NCBI GenBank assembly: GCA_951406725.2
Contig: OX597831.1
Location: 29,140,001 to 29,204,000 of the forward strand
Reading direction: 5' to 3'
DNA: 64,000 nucleotides
Source of the DNA: Octopus vulgaris
Taxonomy: Eukaryota
Made by a program: the position numbers and the translations under genes. The notes beneath the pieces are model-generated. The model did not search any database. It saw only the letters and a list, made by a program, of their open reading frames with translations, and was not told the DNA's origin. Positions 49,113 to 63,102 of the stretch are shown piece by piece; positions within the stretch are counted from its first letter, which is position 1, and each line of letters starts with the position of its first letter.

Positions 49113-50324
49113 TTATATTTTAAGCTTATATTTCCTATCATCCAGAACAATGCTATTCCACTTTTTCACGTTGCCTTTGTACACCATTTCTGCCACTCTC
49201 ACCTTCTGTTTCCATTTCTCAATAAGTTCTCTCCATTCTTTATTGTCTTTTACTAAAACAATGTATTCCAAGATGGATGGTACTCGGTAGTTCTCAAAAA
49301 GCTCTCTCAATCTTTCGTTTTTAGCCTTTTCAAATGTCTCTCCAATTTCATCATTTCGCTGTTTGTTTAATAGGTAGGCCAAACTGTGGCTTTCTCGCAG
49401 AATTTTCTGACGAAATTCTTCACCTTGCTTCACGTCCTTTTCTAGCTCTTGCTTTTTTTCGTAAGTGTATCTTTCAATGGGTACAAGAGCTCTTCTTAGA
49501 CGGGATTTTTGTTTGTTAAGACTATGAATTTCTTCAATAAGTGTCTTTTTTTCCGTCCATTTGCTATAAAATTCAATAGGATCGACTTCGTCTCGATATT
49601 TTTTAATCATTATTTGTTTTTTAATTTTATTTACAAGACTAATATTTCGTAGTTTTATTAAGCAAATTAAACTTTCTCGCTTTGTATCCTTCGCGGCGAC
49701 GTATTTTTGCCATTTACGCAGAAAAGAAATTTTGCCATTCTGTTTAACCAAACTACCGAATTCCATTTCCAGTTCTCGTCTCTCTAACGGAATTTCAGCT
49801 AAAGTCTCATTGTAGTTTTCAATCAAAGCAAGGTTCAAAGCGATAAAATGCTGTGATGTTCTTTTCGACAATTTTAATTCTTCTTTCAAAGCCATGATGT
49901 AATATCGAGCAACCAGTAGTTTCTGCTCTGTGGTCAAAGTGCTCACTTTCCTAGCTACACCGATAATACCTTGGGTAAATGGTGCCGGTGATGGTGGTTG
50001 AGATTTTGCTACTGTCTGCGAACCAAAAACAGAACTTGAATCATCGCTAGCACCACTACCACTAGCATGCAACTTGTCTTCCAGATATTTCTCAAACATG
50101 GTGGTTTCAGTGGACAAAAGCCGGTTCCGCTTTTCCGTTTCTTTTACTTTTTCAGTGAGATCTTCCATTGCCATGAAACTGAGAGCTCCGATAAGCCACA
50201 TACGCTTTCTTTTCGATTTCAGTGTCTGTATATCTTCATGGCCTGCTTCTCCAATGTCTATATCATTGAGATTAGAGGCCAATGCTGGGAAAATTGTTCT
50301 AATATTTGAAGGTAACTTCTTCAT
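49113..50324 (-). CDS. CCDC113: Intronless CCDC113/CFAP263-like coiled-coil cilia/flagella protein (403 aa from the first ATG)
   Basis: Long stop-free ORF. The track start at 50468 is TTG; the first ATG is at 50324 in ACAAAATGA context. Motifs recalled from the family: N..L.TET.MFEKYL, LT.EQK, KLRN.SL, YRVP.ILEYI, W.QKV.VAEM..K...KKW. Divergent, so probably a paralog. Confidence 0.75.
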   Translation of the reverse strand: MKKLPSNIRTIFPALASNLNDIDIGEAGHEDIQTLKSKRKRMWLIGALSFMAMEDLTEKVKETEKRNRLLSTETTMFEKYLEDKLHASGSGASDDSSSVFGSQTVAKSQPPSPAPFTQGIIGVARKVSTLTTEQKLLVARYYIMALKEELKLSKRTSQHFIALNLALIENYNETLAEIPLERRELEMEFGSLVKQNGKISFLRKWQKYVAAKDTKRESLICLIKLRNISLVNKIKKQIMIKKYRDEVDPIEFYSKWTEKKTLIEEIHSLNKQKSRLRRALVPIERYTYEKKQELEKDVKQGEEFRQKILRESHSLAYLLNKQRNDEIGETFEKAKNERLRELFENYRVPSILEYIVLVKDNKEWRELIEKWKQKVRVAEMVYKGNVKKWNSIVLDDRKYKLKI

Positions 50325-50865
50325 TTTGTAACTTTTATCCTTCCCTGGGACCGTGAGGAGATTTACCTGATCACCAAAGTCATGTACACTTAAAAGATAA
50401 TCAGTGAAAAAAAAAACTAACGAGGGAAACTTTGAATAGACACCAGAAATGCTAAGTATAGCAACCAAACCTCCCTCAAATCACGCTCAAATATTTTCTC
50501 TCTAAGTTTACTATAGATGTTTACAATAGACACTTGATATAAAAGTTTACTTAGGTTGTTTTCTGTAAAAGTTCACAAGAAGCGATTTCTTTAGGTGTTT
50601 TACAACATGTTTTCTATATGTTTTCTATACATGTTTTCTGTAATATAACTTTTTCTCTTTATATTTTCCGTACGTTTCCTGTCGATGCTCCGTGTAAATG
50701 TAATGTGTTGATGTCAATGAAAAAATGTGAAATATTTTATGTAGACGTTTTCAAACTGTATTATTCAAATACGTAAACGCTTTCCTAACGCAACGCAGGA
50801 TATTCATTCAGTATCTCTCTTCTGTCTATCTCTTTCACTGTTTCGTTCTATTGTATGATCACACG

Positions 50866-50897
<32 letters not shown>

Positions 50898-51087
50898 TTT
50901 GCGATTGCGTGTGTTTATGTACATATATATATATATATATGCGTACATACATGCACACACACATACATACGTACATACATGCATGCGTACATGCACACAT
51001 ACATACATACATGCCCACATACATGCACACATATATACATGCCCACATACATGCACACATACATACATACATGCATACATACATACA

Positions 51088-51121
<34 letters not shown>

Positions 51122-51729
51122 CATATACTTGGTGTTCAGGCTAAATTTGGTAATTTTCATGTCCCCTTTTTATCAGGAAGATCTTGATATATATGGTGAA
51201 CAATCAACGGTGTTGGAGAGCAAAAAAGATTAAATTGTAACTGGAAAAACAAACTTAGTTTACATGGAGGACAGGAAGCCATCTGAATATTGGAAAAGAG
51301 TTACCTGCACCGTGATGATTCGCATCAGGTATCGAAATGCTGACATTTTGACTGCTGCTCAATGCTTTGTGAACATTTTAAGGGCGTAAGACGTGACATG
51401 GACAGCTGCGGAGGACACTGTGAAGCTGTGGTCAACAGAAAGGACACAGCAAATTTTCTGACTGCGTCCGCACTCCGGTGTTCATTCTGTTTCTTTATTA
51501 GCCACAAGGCCCCAAACACAGAAGGGGGACAATACAGACTGATTGGGGTCAGACACACAATGATTATATGACTTTTAAAATTTTACAAAATATAAGGAAA
51601 TCGAATGAAATCGAATGAGATACAACAAGGGCAAAATACAAACATGAAATGAAGCAGAGAGATGGCTTACGCTCCGACCCCACGAGCCCCATTCTCCTAT
51701 TGGAACCTTTGTATGCAGACTTATGACAT

Positions 51730-52065
51730 GTTCACGAGGGATCTTTCATTCCCAGCACCCTCGCAACATGCAACCATCTTTCTTTGAACATTTTCTTTGA
51801 CAGGCATCTTCTCTCCAGCCTCACCTTCCTTTTAAGGTGGAAGATAAAAAATCTCACCAACCCGAGACCGGAGATGAGGTTGCCTGTCTCCAAACTTTTC
51901 ATTCGCGACTTCCATACCACATCTTTCACCATTGCTACTACAGCGAGAAAACATTGCTTACCTTCTTTCGTGAGGAAATCCGGCGGGTCAATTTTTACGA
52001 TTGACTCAGACGACAGCTGTACTCTTACCGAACTTGACAGCAGATGCAACAACTGCAGGACAAGG
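51730..52065 (-). mobile_element. Tx1/L1-like LINE ORF2 C-terminal fragment
   Basis: FLAVVAMVKDVVWKSR...RLERRCLSKKMFKERW fits the K..IW..R / F..RW pattern at the end of Tx1-type ORF2. Confidence 0.6.
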
Positions 52066-52994
52066 TGGTGGCAGATCCGAGCAAAGGAATCTGGGTTTTG
52101 GAGAGAGAGAGAGAGAGATGGCTAGCTAACCCTGAATGAAGCTAACCCTGAATGAAGAACTTCGCTACGACTCATACAAGAAGCGCAAGCGACAAACTCT
52201 GACGGCCAAACTCTGATAACCGCTTGACGATGGTAAGGAAACTCCTGATCAAGCTGAAGCAACCTGTTGAGCCTGGTTCTACTCAGGTGAAAAGAACTTA
52301 TGTCAGCACCAGTTGCAAAAAACCCAGAACAAGAGGTGGCTTGCCTACGTGTGATGTCCCACCTATCATGAAAACCAAGGTCTCCAAATTGTGGTTTTTG
52401 AGTGTGTCTCTAGTGAGGGCGTCATTATGCTGCCTCCCCACTTATCTTTGACCAGGGCCTAAGCCTCAGTTCAGATGGCTAACTGAAGCTGCTGGAGACA
52501 ATGGTCAAACCATGGCTGGAGACAATGGTTGCTGCTAGAAAGGCCATATGAGTGACCGCGGGATTCGGTTCCTTGCCATACCTCTGGAAGGAATCAGAAG
52601 CAGTTGTCAGAGAATTTCAACGACTTCACCAGTCCCAATTTCTGGTCTCCTAGTTCCTTCGAGTATAATCCCATGTATTAAGTATGTGTGGGGCGGTTGA
52701 GAAAGACACCAACCGTTCTGCATGGAACACCAAAGCCGAGAGTCGGAGGTCAAAATCAAGGAGATTTTCGAAGATCTCAAGGACGCGCGCGCCAGGTTCC
52801 GGCACCACCTTCAGCTATCGTTGTGCAAACTGAGAGCGGGTACTTTGAGTAATCTGATATCTCCCGGCCATAATCTAGTTGATATTTAATTTTTTTTTAA
52901 GTACTTTCATTTATGGATGGAATATTGTATTTTAGTTCATTCTCTTCTGAAAATATTGTGTTTTCTTTTCCTTTTATATAAATTGTATACATAA

Positions 52995-53365
52995 AAGCCA
53001 CATGGTTCCGGGTTCAGTCCCACTGCGTGGCACCGTGGGCAAGTGTCTTCTACTATAGCAGCGGGCCGACCAAAGCCTTGTGAGTGGATTTGGTAGACGG
53101 AAACTGAAAGAAGCCCGTATATATGTATATATATAAATATGTATGTGTGTGTATATGTTTGTGTGTCTGTGTTTGTCCCCCACCCAACGTCCCTTGACAA
53201 CTGATGCTGGTGTGTTTACATCCCCGTAACTTAGCGGTTCGGCAAAAGAGACCGATACAATAAGTACTAGGCTTACAAAGAATAAGTCCTGGGGTCTATT
53301 TGCTCGACTAAAGGCGATGCTCCAGCATGGCCACAGTCATATGACTGAAACGAGTAAAAGAGTAA
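52995..53365 (+). mobile_element. SINE family A
   Basis: Matches the family consensus. Confidence 0.88.
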
Positions 53366-53459
53366 CGAGTATACATACATACATACATACATACATACAT
53401 ACATACATACATACATACATACATACATGCATGCATACATGCATACATACATACATACA

Positions 53460-53493
<34 letters not shown>

Positions 53494-53940
53494 CATGCCA
53501 ATATCCATGTATCTATATATCTGTATGTCTGTCTGCTTAGCGGCATTTTGTCCGTCTTTACGTTCTGAGTCGAGGTCGACTTAGACTTTCATCAATTTGA
53601 GCTCGATAAAATAGGTACCAGTTGAACAATGGAGGCGATGTAATTGACTTTGCTCCTCACTCGAAACTGCCAGCATTGTGTCAAAATTTGAAACTATACT
53701 ACTACTAATAATAATAATAATCCTTTCTACTGAAAGTACAAGGCCTCACATTTGGGGGAAGGAATTAAGTCGATTACATCGACCCCGGTGCGTAACTAGT
53801 ACTTATTTAATCGATCTCGAAAGGATGAAGAGCAAAATTGATTTTCATCCGGCGGATTTTTGAACTCGGAGCGTAGCGGCAGACGAAATACCGCTAATCA
53901 TTTCGTTCGGTGTGCTAACGATTCTACCAGTTCTCCGCCT

Positions 53941-53976
<36 letters not shown>

Positions 53977-54319
53977 CGATGACGATGACGATAACGATGA
54001 TGATGATGATGATAGCCCGGATGCAGTACCAAGCAGTGGCTCTCACGGTTTTTGATCTTAACTGATTGAAGGTGTTATCATGTACATTGTTTTGTCTTGG
54101 TATAAAAGGTGTTCTACAGCAAATATTCCGCTCAATATTACAGATTTGCTTGTCAGTTATTTGACCCTATCCAGTTGAGCATGTCCCTTAATGGCTTACG
54201 ATATGTGCATCTTTGATCACGAGCAGAAGTAGTGGGAGAGCATCATAGCCATAGGCTGAGAGGACTTCTTTGGGGTTTGAATAATTCACATTTGGAAACA
54301 TGGGCTGCTCTCTCACTCA

Positions 54320-54370
<51 letters not shown>

Positions 54371-54371
<1 letters not shown>

Positions 54372-54690
54372 CTGGAAATAGAGGTAACACGAATGTGGAA
54401 TCTAAAAACAGAAACAATTCCTATCATAGTGTGCGCATTAGGTATGATTAGAAATATTCAGACAAATACATAACAAAAACACCAGGACTTACAAATATAT
54501 ATAACATACAGAAAATTGCACTACTGGGCACTGCACACATCGTACGTAAAACACTTTGAATACAGTAACCATGAGAGCATCACAGCAAACCACAGCACAT
54601 ACCCAAGGCACACAGAGCTGCGCTCAGTAGTGCAGCGAAAGCACGTGATAAAAATAAAACTACTGAATAATAATAATAATAATAATTATT
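54371..54690 (+). mobile_element. R4/Dong-clade LINE 3' end inserted in (TAA)n
   Basis: LEIEVTRMWNLKTETIPIIVCALGMI / IQKIALLGTAHIVRKTL*. (TAA)n flanks both sides, the known target of Dong elements. Confidence 0.82.
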
Positions 54691-56991
54691 ATTATTATTA
54701 TTATTATTATATCTGTAATTTAGTAGTGAGAAAGGAAAGGTGATAGTCGGTGGTAAATGGGGGAGAATATAAAGACTTATGGCCACCCATTTCTTCACAT
54801 TCAATGTGAATGAAATGATGACAGCGTTTATTTTACCGACGTTACGCTGTGAGAGATGCGATAAATCACACAGTTCAGTCGCTCCTCGTACATCCCTTCC
54901 CCGTCCATTATCATGGAACTTTTATAAGTTGCATCTGTCCCTATTTTGTACCTGTGTACGGCTAGAGGACCAATGCTAATCCTGAATCAATGCCAATAAA
55001 TTCTGAAATGCAATTTCCAAGGGAGATAACTGTCGGTGTTAGTACGAGTTGCTTCCCTTGAAAAATGTTTCCGTTTATATTCTATCGGGCAACCAGCCGA
55101 CTTCCTTTTATTATTATTTTGATACCTTTCACGGGTATTTTCAGAAATAAAGTTGATGATAGAAAGAAGGGGCAAAATAAATTGTTGTTGATTGATTCCG
55201 GTTGAAAGTAACCGCCACATTTTAGCACAAACTGACCAATAAAACCAACTACATCTCACTCACATAGTAAACTTAGGATGATGGAGAAAACAGATTATGA
55301 ATACAACTTTAAACGGAGAAGTCACATTTGGAATCCGTTTGACTTTACGTCTGTCTCATTACGATTGGCCCAATGTAGCTTGTTAAATTTCTTTTAACCA
55401 TTCGAAGTTTTTCAAATTTTCACCTGAATATTTTCAAAAACTGGAATTTCGTTGTAGTTCTGTATTTTTTTGATTGACAAAAATTGGTTTCAAATTTTGG
55501 CACACGGCTAGCAGTTTCGGGTGATGGATAAGTCGATTACATCGACCCCCATTGTTCAGCTGGTACTTATTTTATCGACCCCAAAAGGGTGAACGGTGAA
55601 GTCGACTTTGGCTGAATTTGAACTCAGAACATAAAGACGGACGAAATACAGAAAAGCATTTCGACAGCGTGCTAACGATTCTCTTGGCCTTACTGATGAC
55701 GAAAATTGCATTATCTTTTTCTAAAATCTAATAACATACAAGTTGTGAGCATTTAAAATAATGTAATTTTAGCTAATCAGAAGCCTCCATTGCTGAAATT
55801 TCGGAACCTTGAAATTTATTTTTTATAAAGAATAATGAAACAAAACAATAAAAATAAAATTTTGTTCCTCATAAGCACATCGGTATAAACATAAACACCC
55901 GCTTCCAACTCACATAGTAATTTATACAAACATTAGTGTTACAAAATTTGAAAGTAATTAGTTAAAAATTTGAAATACTCCAAGCGGTTGGAAGCAGTTT
56001 AATACCATTCGATCCGACTTTTATACAACATAGACAACGACTACAGAAGCGATGACAACAAAAAGGCTTCGTAACAACCATGGCTCAGTGGTTAGGGCAG
56101 CGGACACGCGGTCGGAGGATCGCGGTTTCGATTCCCAGACCGGGCGTTGTGTGTGTTTATTAAGCGAAAACACCTAAAAGTTCAACGAGGCTCCGGCAGG
56201 GGGTGGGTGGCGACCCCTGTTGTACTTTTTCGCCACAACTTTCTCTCACTTTCTCTTCCTGTTTCTTGAGTAACGCTGCGATGGACTGGCGTCCCGTCCA
56301 GTTGGGGGGGGGGACACATACGCCACAGAAACCGGGAAATCGGGCCCATGAGCCTATCTAGGCTTGAAAGGGGCGAAAAAAAAATAACCACATTCATTAA
56401 ATACTCCACCACCACCATTACCATCACCCAACTATTATCCCCACCACACTACACACTATTATCACACTACACCACACTACCACAGACATCCACACTGCAT
56501 ATGTAGATATGATAGTATCATAGTAGTACAATTAATACAGTGAAATACAGATCTCAGAGGTTGATATAATGGTTAGTAGTATAGCTAATACAATGAAATA
56601 CTAACAACATATATTGATGTAATAGTTACCCCTAAAAGTAATTGGTATTTAATAAATAGGTTCGTGGATAGTTGGTAGTTTGCATGTGGCACTGATGAAA
56701 GAGCAATAATTCCTGAAATATGCATATACACCTATTAACTATTTTTTTTTTTTGCTATCTTCGATCGATTTATTTGCATAAACGTATTCGTACACGAGAC
56801 GTTGTAACTTTCCGTGTTGGCTGTGAATTCTATAGAAAATAATAGTTACACTTCTATAATATATACATACTTATCCAGTATTTCACTGTGCTAGTTGTAT
56901 TACTAACCATTATATGTGACGAGACCAGAGAGTTCAGTATGTGTGTGTGTGCGTGTGCGTGTGTGTGTGCGCGTGTGTGTGTGTGTGTGTG

Positions 56992-57041
<50 letters not shown>

Positions 57042-57331
57042 TATGAATGCATATGTGTGTGTGTACTAATACATATACAAACATACATGACATACACATA
57101 CATACATACATACATACATACATAATTATATACTATTTACTTGATTTAGTTCTAGGTAAATGTTTTATCGTACCTTTAATTTTTTTTCAATATTGTATGA
57201 TTTAATTATATCATTGTTGAATTGCTTCATGGTGGTTCTTCTCTAATTTATATACATATATTATATATTGGGAAATTTGATTTAGTATTACTAAATTGAA
57301 TTTTTCCCTGTAAGTATGGAACCATATTCCC

Positions 57332-57433
<102 letters not shown>

Positions 57434-57837
57434 CAAATTGAGATAGGGGTTGTAAATGCAACCCTCCATGGGATAACACATATCCAATATACTGCCTGTG
57501 AAGTACCCAACAAAGTAAATTCATAAATGTTAAGAACTGCGATGCAATTAATTCATTTACTGTATTATATGGGCAAAGGTAAAGTGTTTTACCACAAATT
57601 CATAATACAAAATAAGAAAATGGAGAAATACATTAAAATCAAATATCAACTACCAGATAATACCCAATCACATACTTTATTAAACCACCACATAAGAAAC
57701 TTTAAGGTAAAACATAATAATATATGACAAAACAGTGTACATAAAGGAGTGTACATAAAGGAGTAATATGATACAATAAGTACAATATGTATAAGAGAAT
57801 ATAAATATAAATAAATATAAATATAAATATAAACTAC

Positions 57838-57964
57838 ATCTTACAGCTGTTTCGGCCCTGCAGATAAGTATGTCTCATTTTACTTATATTAGCCTTGTGT
57901 GGTAGGTCAATATATAGTTATAAATGAGACATTTACAAAAATATCCTAAGGCCTCTTCGGAGAT
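57838..57964 (-). ncRNA. Type I hammerhead ribozyme with long stem II (U4C variant)
   Basis: Minus strand reads ATCT-CCGAAGA-GGCC..ATGTCTCATTT../..AAATGAGACAT..GGCC-GAAA-CAGCTG-TA|AGAT, with palindromic stem III ACAGCTGT. Confidence 0.72.
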
Positions 57965-59463
57965 TATGAAATACAAACCAAATTACATATACACTTACAT
58001 AAGTGTGGGTACATACCCATAATAAATCATATACATATACATATGAGTGCATATACTCATACTCCTATACATATACATTTACACATACATGATAATATAA
58101 ATAATATAAATCAATAAACATACATATGCTCCATATTCAATGTTACAGTTTTTCAACTTAATATTGTGATATTACAATATAAAAAACATACACATATTAA
58201 TACCCAAATGCAGATATACAGAGTCAAGAGAACATTATATTAATTTATATTAATTTACAAAATGTCATTAATGTTAACATCATTACCATTATCATTACCA
58301 CTAATGCTACCAATATCATTATTCTTATTAATAATAACACTAATACTAGCAAAACAATATATAGATCCCATTATTAGCAATATAATAGCAAAACTAAGGA
58401 CCACAATAGTACTACAGTACCATGCAAAGCATTAAATATCTGTATATACATACAAAATAAGAAATAAAAGCATTCGGTTTACATGATATTAAGATCCACA
58501 GGTGCACGGATGTACATACGAGTGTAAATTAATAATTTCAATTGTGACACAAATACAGTATTATGTTCAGAAATAGTTACGAATCTAGCGCTAAAATATG
58601 ATTGGCTTGTACATTTAAATTTAAATTACCATTGTCTTCTTTACGGTTGGTTTGTTGAGAAACATCCACACACGTACACTTGCAAGCGTGCGCCCACACG
58701 CACATACACAGACAAATCACAACATAAGAGATACCAGCCCCCTCCCACACACACACACACATATGTTTACATACAGATCTATTCACATATATCCATAAAA
58801 ATGCGTACATGCAAGCACACAGACAACTATACCTAGTCGAAGTACGTTATTATCACAAGATACATGATTAAAATAACACTGTATATTTCGTAAACAAATT
58901 ATCTTGCCACTGAAACTTCTATATCGTTACATTTCTACTAAACCAGCACAGGCATGGGAAAATTATACCAACATTTATACACACACACACCTACACACAC
59001 GCACATATCCATAAACGTTTATACACTCTCATGCACTGTGTCTGCAAACATTCGCATATACATATATACATATTCGAATATGTATCTGCGTACTCATACG
59101 TATAAGAAAGACATACACATATATATCCACCCATGAATATACTTATACATACAAAAACATACATACACATACATATACATATGAACACATTTTGACATAT
59201 CCACATATATTTACTAAATTACAAAATATATGTCTGCCCATCAAAGGACGTATAAACACATACACAATAATAAGTTAACAGAAATTACTATTAATTAAGA
59301 TATAAGTAAATTAATTATAAACTAAATTAATTATAAATTAATAAGTTAAAAAAAAAAAAAAAACAAAAAAATTTTTTTTTTAATTAAAAAAAAATTAAAA
59401 AATTAAAAAATGAATAAATAAATAAATATATAAATAAATAAGAATGAATGAATAAATAAATAG

Positions 59464-59501
<38 letters not shown>

Positions 59502-59542
59502 TCATAAATTAATCAAAATAAAAACATGATGCCAAGGATTCA

Positions 59543-59620
59543 GCGGTACATATGTTTCGGGCCTTTATTAGACGGATTTATAACAATGCATAATGTATGT
59601 CTGTGGCTTTCTTCAGCCGC
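59543..59620 (-). ncRNA. Type I hammerhead ribozyme, intact core
   Basis: Minus strand reads GCGG-CTGAAGA-AAGCC..AGAC../..GTCT..GGCCC-GAAA-CATATG-TA|CCGC. Stem III is the palindrome ACATATGT; the base of stem II is mismatched. Confidence 0.72.
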
Positions 59621-59969
59621 GCACAACAACTTTCACAAGGACATGTATTACATCAAAAATTCTTGGTTGGAGATGCAAATCCTCTCATTCGCGTACGACA
59701 TAATGCGGCAACAGCATAAAAATGAAGCGTCCATCTCGTTCTTCTCTCAATATATATATATGTATAGATAAATAGATAAATAAAATAAAATACAAATTAA
59801 TTGTACTTATTGTATCATTTATGTACACTCCTTTATGTACACTGTTTTGTCATATATTATTATGTTTGACCTTAAAGTTTCTTATGTGGTGGTTTAATAA
59901 AGTATGTGATTGGGTATTATCTGGTAGTTGATATTTGATTTGGATGTATTTCTCCATTTTCTTATTTTG

Positions 59970-60001
<32 letters not shown>

Positions 60002-60074
60002 AATTAGAAAAACCACCTTTTATCAATTCAAAATGAACAATTAATATTCCCTCAAATAATTATTATATATATGT

Positions 60075-60159
<85 letters not shown>

Positions 60160-61334
60160 GTACTTGTTTCAGTCATTTGACTGCGGCCATGCTGGAGCAC
60201 CGCCTTTTAGAGTGGTGAAAGAGTACAGCAGGGATCACCACCATCCCCTGCCGGAGCCTCGTGGAGCTTTTAGGTGTTTTCGCTCAATAAACACACACAA
60301 CGCCCGGTCTGGGAATCGAAACCGCGATCCTGCGACCGCGAGTCCGCTGCCCTAACCACTGGGCCATATATATATATATATATATTATACACATATATAC
60401 ACATACAGAGATACCCACGCATACAGTAGAGGTGCAATGGTCCCATGGTTCCCAGACCGGGCGTTGTGAGTGTTTATTGAGCGAAAACACCTAAAGCCCC
60501 ATGAGGCTCCGGTAGGGGGAGGTGGCGAACTCTGCTGTACTCTCTCACCACTACTTTCTCTCACCCTTTTCTTCCTGTTTCTGTTGTACCTGTATTTCTA
60601 AAGGACCTGCCTTGTCACACTCTGTGTTACGCTGAATCTTTCAGAGAGCTACGTTAAGGGTGCACGTGTCTGTGGAGGGCTCAACCACTTATACGTTAAT
60701 TTCACGAGCAGGCTCTTCCGTTGATCGGATCAACTGGAATCCTTGTCGTCGTAACCGGCGAACTGAACCCGGAACCATGTGGTTGGGAAACAAGCTTGTT
60801 ATCACATAGCCACGCCTGCGCCTACGAGCCAAGCATATCACGGGATCACACGATCGACCACACTGTTCAAAGTTGTTATACATTGCTGGTCCACAATGCG
60901 CTGTGCATCGTTTTAGCTTTTGAGTGATGCCACCCCGGTGGCTAGGCGAACAGGTTAGAATTTCCCTTGATCAGAAGGCTAGTTCGTCACAGAGTTATCT
61001 AGAAGACAGGAGCAACGTAAAATGAGGTGTTTTGTTGAAGAACGCAACGCGCAGCAGGTCTGGGAAACGAAATCATTATCGTACGATAGTTTAGAGTAAG
61101 ACGTCTAACCATTAGACCACGCGCCTTTATACATACATACATACATACATACATACATACATACATACATACATACATGCATGCATGCATGCATGCATGC
61201 ATGCATACATACATACATACATACATACATACATACATACATACATACATACATACATACATACATACCAAGCCATACTATACATGCTTACATACATACA
61301 AATATATATATTGTTGGCATCCTTTTTGTCTCGG

Positions 61335-61700
61335 GAGACAATGGAGTTGCGCATAAAATAATCTAGTCCGGCTTTTACATTTCGTGTCTTAATAACATCT
61401 CCTGCTGTGGCTGTGTAGTCCTATTCTGGACAAACAATCTATCTGGCAGGTGCCGGAAATGTAGTGAAGATGGCAGTATCCCCAAGGACATACTCTACGG
61501 AGAGCTTGCTAGGGGCACTAGGTCTGTGGTGAGACCGTTCTTACGATACAAGGATGTTTGCAAAAGGGACATGAAAGCCTGCGACATCAATATTAGCAAC
61601 TAGGAAGCAGTTGCTAGCAACCGTGGGGATTGGCGACGTACCGTAAAAGAGGGAGCACAAAGGAGTGACATAGAGGGAGAGGAGAAATGGAAAGACAAGA
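61335..61700 (+). mobile_element. RTE-clade LINE 3' fragment (decayed)
   Basis: IPKDILYGELARGTRSVVRPFLRYKDVCKRDMK...*EAVASNRGDWRRTV. Confidence 0.8.
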
Positions 61701-61793
61701 AAAGACGTCAACAAGAAAGTATGACATTACAACCAGCCAGGCAAAGTCTTCGCTACATACATACATACATACATGCATACATACATACATACA

Positions 61794-61825
<32 letters not shown>

Positions 61826-61967
61826 GCGGTTCGGCAAAAGAGACCGATAGAATAAGTACTGGCTTACAAAGAATAAGTCTCGGGGTCGATTTGCGCGACT
61901 AAAGGCGGTGCTCCAGCATGGCCGCAGTCAAATGACTGAAACAAGTAAAAGAGAGAAAGAGAGAAAG

Positions 61968-61999
<32 letters not shown>

Positions 62000-62127
62000 T
62001 AAAAATAAGATAAAATCTTCATAAAAATTTATCAAGTAGTTAGCGTGAAAAACATCATAAGAGAAAAAAAATCCATCAATTTTTTCACTTTATATATATA
62101 CATATATATATATAATATATATATATA

Positions 62128-63061
62128 TCTCCACTTTCAAGCCACTTTCAAGCTTCCGCTGAGACACCAACTTGCAACATCAGTAACAGCTCCGATCAGG
62201 CAGAAGTCTTCAGACGATGTAAGCTTATCGTTTGGGATGAATGCACGATGGCCCACAGAAGTGTTCTTGAGGCACTAGATAGATCTCTCAGAGACATCAA
62301 ACACTCTTCAGCTCCCATGGGAGGCATAACACTTCTTCTTTCAGGGGACTTCCGACAAACACTTCCCGTTATTCCCAAAGGGACTACAGCTGATGCAGTA
62401 AGTGCGTGTCTTAAGTCGTCCACATTGTGGCCACTGGTGAAGACTCTCAAACTTCACACCAATATGCGTGCTCATATGCGGCGTAATATCACATCAGCAG
62501 CATTTCCTCACACCCTCCTTGCACTTGGCGAAGGCAAAATACCAGGGGATGAAAATGGTAATATTGCCATCGATTCCATTTGTACCATTGTTAAGACGTC
62601 TTCTGATCTCAGAGATGCAGTGTTCCCAGATCTACAAGCTAATTATCAGAATATGGATTGGATTGGCCAAAAGGCTATTCTGGCCCCGAGGAATAAAACT
62701 GTTCACCATATTAATGATGAAATGCTAAAACTCATTCCTGGGGACGTCTATATATATCAGTCTATCGATACAACTCCTGACCCAGAGGACGTCATCAACT
62801 ATCCAATAGAGGTACTCAATTCCTTTGAGCACCCCGGACTACCACCACACATTCTCAGACTTAAAGTTGGTGCCCCTATAATGCTCATCAGAAATTTGGT
62901 TCCCCCAAAACAATGCAATGACACACGTTTGATCGTTAAGTCCTTATCTCCCACCGTAAACTTATATCAATATTTGCCTGAATAATCATCATAATTCAGT
63001 GCAATCATTAACAGTACTTTCAAGCAATTCAGCCCCGAGCAACGCCGGGCAATTCTGCTAG
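62128..63061 (+). mobile_element. Truncated, internally deleted Helitron
   Basis: The PIF1 fragment is followed by the 3' hairpin CCCGAGCAACGCCGGG and CTAG|T at 63058-63061. Confidence 0.88.
62145..62985 (+). pseudogene. Helitron RepHel PIF1-family helicase fragment
   Basis: KLIVWDECTM (Walker B), LDRSLRDI, GGITLLLSGDFRQTLPV, LHTNMR, ILAPRN and GLPPHILRLKVGAPIMLIRNL. Walker A, Rep and the C-terminal motifs are missing. Confidence 0.92.
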
Positions 63062-63102
63062 TATATAATATAATATAATATAATATAATATAATATATAT
63101 AA

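Larger units (their letters stand above)
57605..59972. repeat. About 175-bp long-range inverted repeat (57605-57786 vs 59800-59972)
   Basis: ATACAAAATAAGAAAATGGAGAAATACA...ATACAATAAGTACAAT matches the reverse complement at 59800-59972 with few differences. Confidence 0.92.

Noticed and set aside
50325-50468. N-terminal 48 aa of the 451-aa ORF
   Set aside because: It starts at TTG. In a eukaryote the first ATG in good context (50324) is more plausible.
62248-62985. Host PIF1 gene
   Set aside because: It is intronless, partial and followed directly by the Helitron hairpin and CTAG terminus.
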